Shown one piece after another: positions 10,701 to 17,096 of a stretch of 52,736 nt of DNA. The notes beneath the pieces were generated by a model. It was not told the DNA's origin, did no database searches, and was given only the letters and a program-made list of their open reading frames with translations. Positions within the stretch are counted from its first letter, which is position 1. The number at the start of each line of letters is the position of its first letter. Position numbers and translations under genes: made by a program. Origin of the DNA: Solirubrobacterales bacterium. GTDB lineage: Bacteria > Actinomycetota > Thermoleophilia > Solirubrobacterales > 70-9. The stretch lies in NCBI GenBank assembly GCA_036376775.1, contig DASUZP010000032.1:1-52736 (forward strand), in the 5' to 3' direction.

Positions 10701-11388
10701 GGATGTCGGTGCCGAGCAACATCTTGCCGCCCTGCGGCAGCAGCGAGACGCTGCACTGGATCGGCAGCGTGCGGCCGGCCTCCTTGAACGCCTCGCGGGC
10801 ACCGAAGATCGAGGCCTTGACCTCGAGGATGTCCTGCGCGGTCTCGATGATGATCAGGTCGGCGCCGCCCTCGACCAGGCCCTTCGCCTGCTCGGCGAAG
10901 ACCTCGACCAGCTTGCGGAAGGAGATGTCGCCCAGGGTCGGGTCGTCGGACGCGGGCAGGAAGCCGGTCGGCCCGATCGAGCCGGCGACGAAGCGCTCCT
11001 CACCGGCCGCCTTGCGGGCGATCTGCGCCGCCTTGACGTTGACCTCGTGCGTGTGCTCGCCCAGCCCCCACTCTTCGAGCTTCAGACGCGACCCTTGAAA
11101 GGAATCGGTCTCGACCACCTCGGCGCCAGCGTCGAGCATCGAGGTATGGACGCCCTCAATTACGTCCGGGCGGTTGAGCACCAGCGCCTCGTGACATTTG
11201 CCGAGCAGGCCGCCGTAGTCCTCCTGGGTCAGGTCGAACTGCTCCAGGGTTGCGCCCATACCGCCGTCGAAGACGACGACGCGTTCCCTGGTCGCAGTTA
11301 TGTAGTCGCGTACCGCCACGGTAAAAGAGGCTACCGAGGTGAGTGCGGTCGACTTTCTACCGCTATGCGGGCGAAAAGACGACCGCAC
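7786..11388 (-). CDS. metH: Cobalamin-dependent methionine synthase
   Basis: The full five-module order is present: Hcy-binding (VVVFDGGMGATL), pterin-binding, B12-binding (GDVHDIGKSLV = DxHxxG) and the AdoMet activation domain. The start is uncertain: GTG 11388 lies inside a hairpin, and GTG 11319 is the alternative. Confidence 0.93.
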   Translation of the reverse strand: MRSSFRPHSGRKSTALTSVASFTVAVRDYITATRERVVVFDGGMGATLEQFDLTQEDYGGLLGKCHEALVLNRPDVIEGVHTSMLDAGAEVVETDSFQGSRLKLEEWGLGEHTHEVNVKAAQIARKAAGEERFVAGSIGPTGFLPASDDPTLGDISFRKLVEVFAEQAKGLVEGGADLIIIETAQDILEVKASIFGAREAFKEAGRTLPIQCSVSLLPQGGKMLLGTDIQAVLTTLTALDVDVIGLNCSTGPEDMREAIRFLGERSPLPVHCIPNAGLPLQGPDGETIFPEQPEPLAATLGEFVERYGVGIVGGCCGTTPEHIAAIRERVDGRVPGERPAPGPIEVSSMMTSTPLVQEPRPTLVGERVNSQGSRKAKELLLADDYDGLVQVAEDQVEGGAHVLDICVALTERADEDEQMVAVVERISLTQPAPIQVDSTEPNVIEAALEKIPGRAIVNSINLEAGEDKANVVAPLAKAHGSALIALTIDEVGMAKTAERKVEIAKRIRDLVCEEHGLDPEALIFDALTFTLTTGDDEWKPSAVETIEGIRRIKAEIPGVKTSLGVSNVSFGVGQPARAVLNSVFLHHCVEAGLDLAMVNPNHITPYSEISDEERELTDDLVFNRREDALERFIAHFESKGEEAAEEVGDPTEGMEPEEALHWHILRRKKDGVEEWIDRSNEKIGAVPTLNEVLLPAMKEVGDKFGAGELILPFVLQSAEVMKRAVARLENYLDRIEGHSKGKVVIATVFGDVHDIGKSLVNTILTNNGYTVVDLGKQVPVETIIEAAVENEADAIGLSALLVSTSKQMPICVQELHQRGLEFPVLIGGAAINRDFGRRTLYPHGKESDDVYAPGVFYCKDAFQGLDTMDALVDEPAREALVERIRAEARQLREKPVVVDDSPPTSDASVRSAAVTDNPIPASPFPGVREVEIDLDEVFPYLDRHVLFKLHWGGKGVKGEAWRELVEGNGEEEGFAPRLERMWREQNYLQPRARLGYFPCNSAGNELIVFDPDDPERELERLVFPRQPKHDRICLADFYRPLESGERDVVALQGVTVGPEVTELIERLESEGEFAEQLFVHGLGVQAAEGLAEWLHARVRRELGIDPDQGRRYSWGYPACPDQSEHEKVWRLLDLEQIGMTLSDGYAVMPEQSTVAIVAHHPQAVYFGMKSGFIPEDKAPDELIAGTDRGGKLPPEREPVG

Positions 11389-11390
11389 TC
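11341..11390. other. 50-nt hairpin in the metH/tatD divergent spacer
   Basis: GAGTGCGGTCG (11341-11351) pairs perfectly with CGACCGCACTC (11380-11390). The stem extends imperfectly (ACTTTC/GAAAAG), and there is an inner mini-hairpin CCGC-TAT-GCGG. Confidence 0.7.
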
Positions 11391-11411
11391 GTTGGACTAG
11401 GCTGACCGGCG

Positions 11412-12179
11412 ATGATCGATTCCCACACGCACCTGTTCCTCTGCGAGCGGCCCGAGGCCGAGCTCGTCTCCAGCGCGCTCGCCGCCGGGGTCAGCCGCAT
11501 GCTCAACGTCGGCCTCGGTGGCGAGCAGAACGAGACGGCGATCGGAGCTGCCGAGCGCCACGAGGCGGTCTTCGCCGGCATCGGCCTCCACCCGACCGAG
11601 GCGAGCGGGTTCGACGACGCCCAGGCCGAGCAGATCGCCCGCCTCGGCGGGCACGAGAAGGTGCGGGCGATCGGCGAGACGGGGATCGACTACTACCGCG
11701 AGACGGCGAGCCCGGCCGAGCAGCGGCGCGCCTTCGAGGCGCAGGTGGCAATCGCCCGCGAGCAGGGGCTGCCGGTCGTCATCCACGGCCGCGACAAGGA
11801 CGGCGAGACGACCGCGATCGACGAGATCTTCGAGGTCCTCGACGCCCAGGCCGGCGATACCCCCGTGATCCTGCACTGCTTCTCCGCCCCCTGGCGCGCC
11901 GGCGATGCCGCCGAGCGCGGCTGGTATTGCTCTTTCGCCGGCCACACCACCTATCCGGGCTCAGACGAGTTGCGCGAGGCCGCCGCCCAGCTGCCCGCCG
12001 AGCTGCTCCTGGTCGAGACCGATGCCCCCTACCTGGCGCCCCAGACCGTCCGCGGCAAGCCCAACGAGCCCGCCTATGTCGTCGACACGGCCCGGGCTCT
12101 CGCTGCCGCCCGCGGCATCTCCTATGAGGAGCTGGAGGGGATCGTGGAGGAGAACGCCCGCACCCTCTTCGGCTGGTAG
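11412..12179 (+). CDS. tatD: TatD-family metal-dependent hydrolase/DNase
   Basis: MIDSHTHL start motif, then GIGLHP, GETGIDY, VVIHGRD and LVETDAPYL motifs. Confidence 0.9.
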   Translation: MIDSHTHLFLCERPEAELVSSALAAGVSRMLNVGLGGEQNETAIGAAERHEAVFAGIGLHPTEASGFDDAQAEQIARLGGHEKVRAIGETGIDYYRETASPAEQRRAFEAQVAIAREQGLPVVIHGRDKDGETTAIDEIFEVLDAQAGDTPVILHCFSAPWRAGDAAERGWYCSFAGHTTYPGSDELREAAAQLPAELLLVETDAPYLAPQTVRGKPNEPAYVVDTARALAAARGISYEELEGIVEENARTLFGW

Positions 12180-12190
12180 CGGGCGAGACC

Positions 12191-12979
12191 GTGGTCAGGC
12201 TCGGACAGAACTTTCTCGCCGACACGAACCTGCTCGACGCGATCGTGCGCGACGCGCAGCTCGAGCCCGACGACGTGGTGCTGGAGGTCGGCGCCGGAGA
12301 AGGACCGCTGACCGAACGCCTCGCGGCGAGCACCGCGCACGTCCACACGATCGAGCTCGACCGCAGCCTGGCGCCGGCCCTGCAGCGGATCGCAACGCTC
12401 CCCAACGTCGACCTGCACTGGGGCGACGCGCTGCGGCTCGACCTGGCGGGATTCGACCCGGCCCCGAGCGTCGTCGTATCCAACCTGCCCTACTCGATCG
12501 CGACCCCGTTGATCATCCGCACGATCGAACAGCTGCCCTCGGTGCGGAGCTGGACGTTGATGGTGCAGCGCGAGATCGCCGACCGCCTCGGCGCCGAACC
12601 GGGCCGGCGCGAGTACGGCGCGCCGAGCGTGCTGGTACAGCTCGCCTGCGAGACGAAAATGCTGCGCACCGTCAACCCGTCCGTCTTCCGGCCGCCGCCC
12701 CGAGTCGGCTCGGCGGTGATCGGCCTGCGCCGGATCGGCCCCGGCGCAAACGCCGACACGCGCGACCTCGTCCGCGCCGCCTTCGCCCACCGCCGCAAGA
12801 CGCTGGCCCGCTCGCTCTCGCACGCCCGTCCCGGCACCCTGGGCCGGACGCGGTCGATGCTTCCCGAGCTGGGACTGCGACTGGAGGTGCGCGCCGAGGA
12901 CGTCACGCCAGAGGAGTTCGCCGAGCTCGCCCGCGGTCTGCCGTGGAAAGCCGGCGCCAACCGCGGTCGCAGAGTCTGA
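12191..12979 (+). CDS. rsmA: 16S rRNA (adenine1518/1519-N6)-dimethyltransferase
   Basis: LGQNFLAD..., VLEVGAGEGPLT (SAM site) and SNLPYSIATP motifs. The tatD-rsmA-ispE order is conserved. Confidence 0.92.
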   Translation: MVRLGQNFLADTNLLDAIVRDAQLEPDDVVLEVGAGEGPLTERLAASTAHVHTIELDRSLAPALQRIATLPNVDLHWGDALRLDLAGFDPAPSVVVSNLPYSIATPLIIRTIEQLPSVRSWTLMVQREIADRLGAEPGRREYGAPSVLVQLACETKMLRTVNPSVFRPPPRVGSAVIGLRRIGPGANADTRDLVRAAFAHRRKTLARSLSHARPGTLGRTRSMLPELGLRLEVRAEDVTPEEFAELARGLPWKAGANRGRRV

Positions 12980-12990
12980 CCTTCGCCGCA

Positions 12991-13821
12991 ATGCGCATCG
13001 AAGCCCCCGCCAAGCTCAACCTCTGCCTCTTCCTCGGCCGCCGTCGAGCCGACGGTCTGCACGAGCTCTGCTCGCTGTTCGAGCCGCTCGCCCTGGCCGA
13101 CGCACTGACCGTCTCCGAGGCCGATCGGGACGAGGTCCTCTGCCCCGGGGTCGAAGGAGAGAACCTCGCCGCCCGGGCGTTGACGGCGCTGCGCGAAGAC
13201 GGTTGGAGCAGCCCGCCGCTGCGGATCGAGATCGAGAAGCGGATCCCGGTCGCGGCGGGGCTGGGCGGCGGCAGTTCCGACGCGGCGGCAGTGCTGCGGC
13301 TGGCCGAGGGCGAAGTCGGTGACCTCGAGGCGCTGGCAGCGAAGCTCGGCGCCGACGTGCCGTCGCAGCTGTTGCCGGCGCCCGCCCTGGTGCGTGGAGC
13401 CGGCGAGCGAGTTGAGCGTCTGCCGGCCCCGTCCCCCCATGCGGTCCTACTGCTCCCTGGTGGCGGCGGCTTGAGCACCGCCGCAGTCTTCGCCGAGGCC
13501 GACCGGCTGGGCCTCGGCCGCGACGAAGGGGAGCTGGAGGCACTGGCGGATCGCCTGCGCGGAGCGGCCGGCGCAGGTGCCTCGCCACTCTCCTACGCGG
13601 ATCTGCTTTCCAACGACCTCGAGCCCGCGGCCCGCTCGCTGCGCCCCGACATAGGCGAGGCGCTGGACGCCTTGCGGGCAGCAGGCGCCCCGCTGGCACT
13701 GCTAACCGGCTCCGGGCCGACCGCCTTCGGCCTCTTCGGCGACCTCGCCGCCGCGGAGCGCGCGGCAGCCACTCTCGACTGCGACGACGCGATCGTCTGC
13801 GAGGCGGGGTGGGCGCCGTGA
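12991..13821 (+). CDS. ispE: 4-diphosphocytidyl-2-C-methyl-D-erythritol kinase
   Basis: APAKLNLCLFLGRRRADGLHEL and IPVAAGLGGGSSDAAAVL (GHMP kinase motif). This is the last 276 codons of listed ORF 11905..13821; the upstream part of that ORF is out-of-frame overlap with tatD and rsmA. Confidence 0.9.
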   Translation: MRIEAPAKLNLCLFLGRRRADGLHELCSLFEPLALADALTVSEADRDEVLCPGVEGENLAARALTALREDGWSSPPLRIEIEKRIPVAAGLGGGSSDAAAVLRLAEGEVGDLEALAAKLGADVPSQLLPAPALVRGAGERVERLPAPSPHAVLLLPGGGGLSTAAVFAEADRLGLGRDEGELEALADRLRGAAGAGASPLSYADLLSNDLEPAARSLRPDIGEALDALRAAGAPLALLTGSGPTAFGLFGDLAAAERAAATLDCDDAIVCEAGWAP

Positions 13822-15341
13822 AACTGCAGCTGCCGGAGAACCGGCGTCGCCGGCGCCTCCTGATCGCCGCGATCGCCGCCGCGATCGCCGCCGGCTACTA
13901 CCTGCTCAGCCGGGTGATCCCGCACGACGAACTGCAGGGGCTGCTGGAAGACGTCTCCAACGCGCTCGGCGCCTGGACCTATCTCCTCGTCGGCGCCTTC
14001 GCCTTCGCCGAGACCGGCGCCTTCGTCGGCCTCGTCGTCCCCGGCGAGACGGTCATGCTGCTCGGCGGCGCGGTCGCCGGCCAGGGCGCGATCAGCATCT
14101 ACCTGCTGATCGCGATCGCCTGGTTCTCCGCCTGGGCGGGCGACACGACCAGCTTCTTCCTCGGCCGCCGCCTCGGTCGCGAGTTCGTGATGCGCAACGG
14201 TCCCCGCTTCGGGATCAGCCACGAGCGCTTCGAGAAAGTCGAGGACTACTTCTCCCGCCACGGCGGCAAGACGATCTTCATCGGCCGCTTCATCAGCCTC
14301 GTGCGCGCCTTCGCCCCCTTCATCGCCGGCAGCTCGGGCATGCGCTATCGAGCCTTCGTCCCCTACAGCATCCTCGGCACCGGGCTCTGGGCCAGCGCCC
14401 ACATCCTGATCGGCTACTTCTTCTCGCGCAGCATCGACACCGCCGCCAAGTACGCCGGGCGGGGCGCCTTCCTGCTCGGCACGCTGATCGTCGTAGTAGT
14501 CGGCGCAGTGCTGCTGGTGCGCCATTTCCGGGTCGAGGCGAACCGCCGGGCCGCGGTGCGCTGGATGGAGGGACATCGGGTGACGCGGTGGATCGTCGTC
14601 CTCGCGCGTCGCTTCCAACCGCAGCTCAACTTCCTCTGGGACCGGGTAACCCCCGGCGGCACCTTCGGGCTCGAATTCACCTCGCTGATGGCGACCTTCG
14701 CCGTCGCCGCCTTCGTCCTCGTCGCCTACACGGTGATCGTCAACGGCGACCCCGGTCCCACGCCCGGCGATGTCACCGCGATGGAAATCGCCGAAAAGCT
14801 GCGCACCGCCTGGCTTGTCGACCTGGCCAAGGTGGTGACGGCGCTCGGCTCGAGCGCCGTCTGCTGGCCACTGGCGGCGATCGCTGCCGCGGCCCTCGCC
14901 GCGCGCCGCCGCTGGGCCGAGCTCGGCGTGCTGATCGCCGGCATGGCGATCGACATCGTCGGCGTGCACGAGATCAAGTACGCGGTAGACCGACCTCGAC
15001 CCGGAGGCGGCTTGGTGAACACGTCGGGCTCCTCCTTCCCCAGCGCCCACGCCGCCTACTCGACCTTCTATGTCTGGCTGGCGGTGACGATCGTGATGCG
15101 ACTGCGGGTGGGCATGGCGCGGGGCGCATTGGTGGTCACGGCCGGGGTCGTCCTCACCGCCCTGATCGGTCTTTCGCGCGTCTACCTCGGCGTCCACTAC
15201 ATGAGCGACGTCAGCGCCGGCTGGGCACTCGGCGCCGCCGCCTTCTCGCTCTGTGCCGCAGTCGCCCTCGTCGTCACCACGATGCACTCGACGCAGAGGC
15301 CGCAGTGGTCTTCGGACGGGGCCGTGCGGCAGAATGGGTAG
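13809..15341 (+). CDS. Fusion of DedA-family (VTT domain) membrane protein and PAP2 phosphatase
   Basis: The N-terminal half has the DedA pattern (FAETGAFVGLVVPGET...GRFISLVRAFAPFIAG). The C-terminal half has the PAP2 motifs KYAVDRPRP, PSAH and SRVYLGVHYMSD. Confidence 0.85.
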   Translation: MGAVKLQLPENRRRRRLLIAAIAAAIAAGYYLLSRVIPHDELQGLLEDVSNALGAWTYLLVGAFAFAETGAFVGLVVPGETVMLLGGAVAGQGAISIYLLIAIAWFSAWAGDTTSFFLGRRLGREFVMRNGPRFGISHERFEKVEDYFSRHGGKTIFIGRFISLVRAFAPFIAGSSGMRYRAFVPYSILGTGLWASAHILIGYFFSRSIDTAAKYAGRGAFLLGTLIVVVVGAVLLVRHFRVEANRRAAVRWMEGHRVTRWIVVLARRFQPQLNFLWDRVTPGGTFGLEFTSLMATFAVAAFVLVAYTVIVNGDPGPTPGDVTAMEIAEKLRTAWLVDLAKVVTALGSSAVCWPLAAIAAAALAARRRWAELGVLIAGMAIDIVGVHEIKYAVDRPRPGGGLVNTSGSSFPSAHAAYSTFYVWLAVTIVMRLRVGMARGALVVTAGVVLTALIGLSRVYLGVHYMSDVSAGWALGAAAFSLCAAVALVVTTMHSTQRPQWSSDGAVRQNG

Positions 15342-15599
15342 ATGGCTCTAATGCTGCCGCTGGCCCTGCAGAAGATCGAAAATGAGTACCTGCTCTTCGG
15401 CGCCGCCGGACTGATCAGCCTGGTCGCCTTCGTCGCCCTGATCTTCGTTCCCGCGATCGGCTCCTACGGGCGCATCTGGGAGAAGGCGGCGGCGGGCTTC
15501 CTCTCGGTCATCGTCCTTGTAGCCCTCGTCTTAACGGGCGTCGTAGTGGGCCTTGCCATCGTCTACTACTACAACGACATCGTCGAAGTTATTGGTTGA
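15342..15599 (+). CDS. Hypothetical small two-TM membrane protein
   Basis: The ATG follows directly after the DedA-PAP2 stop, and the protein has two long hydrophobic helices. No family was recognised. Confidence 0.55.
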   Translation: MALMLPLALQKIENEYLLFGAAGLISLVAFVALIFVPAIGSYGRIWEKAAAGFLSVIVLVALVLTGVVVGLAIVYYYNDIVEVIG

Positions 15600-15711
15600 G
15601 GGCCTGTCCGGCAGGGCTTCCACTTAACTTTTTCGGTGGATCGCTTGTGGGCTGGCGCCCATAGCCCACACCGAAAAAGTACAAGACGTTCCAGCCCTAC
15701 CGGACAGGCCC
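15600..15711 (+). repeat. F2-family structured repeat, copy 1
   Basis: The outer stem GGGCCTGTCCGGCAGGGC / GCCCTACCGGACAGGCCC pairs at 17/18. The conserved interior is TTCCACTTAACTTTTTCGGTGGATCGC...CACCGAAAAAGTACAAGACGTTCCA. It begins 1 nt after the upstream stop and ends 29 nt before the PucR start. Confidence 0.9.
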
Positions 15712-15740
15712 TAAACGGAAGGCATCGCGATAATGAGCGA

Positions 15741-16979
15741 ATGTCCACCAGCGCGAAGGGGTCGAAAAGCCCTGCAAAAGCTGCTGATCCAGGGACCCTG
15801 GATGCGCTTGCGGAAGCTGTTGAATCGGGGGCTGGGTTGCCCGCCGTGGCGCGGGCTGCTGCGCGGGTGCTGGATGCCAGCGTTGCTCTGATCGAGCGGT
15901 CGGGGGCGGTGCTGGCGGTGGCGGGTGCTTCGCCGGATCAGGAGGAAAAGCTGCTGGCCGGGGGCGAGAAAGTGACCTCGGTCGAGCTGCGCGTCGCCGA
16001 TGCCGCCGTCGGTGAGCTGCGCTACCGGGCAAAAGCTCCGCCCGACCCGGCGATCGCTCGCATGGTGACGACGCTTCTGGCCTTGGAGCTGGAGCGCTCG
16101 CGGGCGCCGGACTGGCAGAACGAGGAGGTGGCCGGGGTCTTCGTCGCCGCACTGCTGGCGCGGCAGGTGACCGACCGCGGCGACATCGTCGCCCGTGCGG
16201 GCGAGCTCGGCACCAACCTGGAGAAGGGCGCCGGAGCGATCGTCCTGCGCGCCGCACCGCGCACGGCGCAGACGGGAGAGTGGCGCGGGCGGGTATTGAC
16301 CCTGGCGATGCGGACGCTGCGCTCGCTCGCCCCCGGCGCCCTGGCCGCGGCGGAAGAGGGCGAGGTGGCGACAGAGATCGCCGTGATCGTCCCCGCCGAG
16401 GACGAGGAGCGACTTCAGCGCGCCGCCGCCGGCCTGACCCGGGAGCTGGAGGACGTCCTGCCCGGCTTCCACCTGACGGTCGGCGCCAGCCGCCGTGTCG
16501 TCGATCCGGTCGACCTCTACCGGGCCGGCAGCGAGGCCCGGCTCGCGGTCAATGTCGGCGAGGCCGAGGGCAAGCCGTTGCTCTCCTTCGAGGAGACCGG
16601 CGCCTACCGCCTGTTGCTGCCGGCGATGAGCGAGGACCCCGGCGAGCTGCAGCGCTTCTTCGCCGAGACGATCGAGCCGCTCGCCGCCTACGACGACCAG
16701 TACGAGACCGAGCTCGTCGCCACCGTCGAGGCGTACCTCAACAACGACGGCAACGTCGCGGCCACCGCCAAACAGCTCTTCACCCATCGCCACACGATTC
16801 GCTACCGGCTCGAGCGCGTGCGCGAGCTCTGCGGCCACGACGTCTCCGCCACCGAGGGTCGCGAGAAGCTCGGCCTCGGCCTCAAGGCGATGCGCGTGCT
16901 GGGCATCGCCTCGCCGCGCGGGCCGGCGCAGGAACCGGGCGCGGAAGGCGGCAAGGTGCCGCGTGGCTCGGAGGAGTGA
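15741..16979 (+). CDS. PucR/CdaR-family transcriptional regulator
   Basis: The C-terminal PucR-type HTH is NGNVAATAKQLFTHRHTIRYRLERVRELCG. The internal ATG at 15741 was chosen because the listed ORF start at 15636 lies inside repeat copy 1. Confidence 0.8.
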   Translation: MSTSAKGSKSPAKAADPGTLDALAEAVESGAGLPAVARAAARVLDASVALIERSGAVLAVAGASPDQEEKLLAGGEKVTSVELRVADAAVGELRYRAKAPPDPAIARMVTTLLALELERSRAPDWQNEEVAGVFVAALLARQVTDRGDIVARAGELGTNLEKGAGAIVLRAAPRTAQTGEWRGRVLTLAMRTLRSLAPGALAAAEEGEVATEIAVIVPAEDEERLQRAAAGLTRELEDVLPGFHLTVGASRRVVDPVDLYRAGSEARLAVNVGEAEGKPLLSFEETGAYRLLLPAMSEDPGELQRFFAETIEPLAAYDDQYETELVATVEAYLNNDGNVAATAKQLFTHRHTIRYRLERVRELCGHDVSATEGREKLGLGLKAMRVLGIASPRGPAQEPGAEGGKVPRGSEE

Positions 16980-17096
16980 GGCCTGCCCCGGTAGGGGTTC
17001 CACTTAACTTTTTGGATGGATCGCCCTTGGGGCTGACGCCCGGTCGCCGGTGACCAAAAAGTACAAGACGTTCCACCCCTACCGGGGCAGGCCTCA
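16977..17096 (+). repeat. F2-family structured repeat, copy 2
   Basis: The outer stem is a perfect 21 bp, TGAGGCCTGCCCCGGTAGGGG / CCCCTACCGGGGCAGGCCTCA. It includes the stop codons of both convergent genes (TGA 16977-16979 on plus, TGA 17096-17094 on minus). The core is the same as in copies 1 and 3. Confidence 0.9.

Noticed and set aside
7909-11400. A 1163-aa stop-free ORF lies antisense to metH. Similar long antisense or shadow ORFs occur elsewhere, for example 17307..19400, 13593..15287, 15711..17003, 22618..23820, 24220..25368 and 25820..27325.
   Set aside because: In ~70% GC genomes with strong GC3 bias, the frame opposite a real gene is depleted of stop codons. These translations are Arg/Ala/Gly/Pro/Asp-rich low-complexity sequence with no recognisable motifs, whereas the sense-strand products carry clear family signatures.
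11905-13821. Very long listed ORFs taken at face value: 638 aa at 11905..13821, 767 aa at 41399..43702, 1120 aa at 29082..32444 and 643 aa at 32496..34427.
   Set aside because: Only the 3' portions carry real family signatures (ispE, NTF2, cyclase and epimerase respectively). The 5' portions overlap neighbouring, better-supported genes out of frame or antisense, and they translate to Arg/Pro/Ala-rich low-complexity sequence.
15600-15711. F2 elements as integron attC sites. They are imperfect palindromes at cassette 3' ends, and ACTTAAC matches the R'' consensus RYYYAAC.
   Set aside because: The expected complementary R' box GTTRRRY is absent (the element has GTACAAG). There is no intI integrase or attI in the window. 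The flanking genes are ordinary housekeeping genes in mixed orientations, not a cassette array.
15636-15740. ORFs that start inside F2 repeats (MDRLWAGAHSPHRKS... in copy 1, MDRLDADARLAVTKKYK... at 24098 in copy 3), which would suggest an element-encoded peptide.
   Set aside because: The three copies do not keep a common frame. Copy 2 hits a stop after 6 codons, and copies 1 and 3 diverge in frame after the variable centre. The conservation is therefore at the nucleotide or structure level, not at the protein level.
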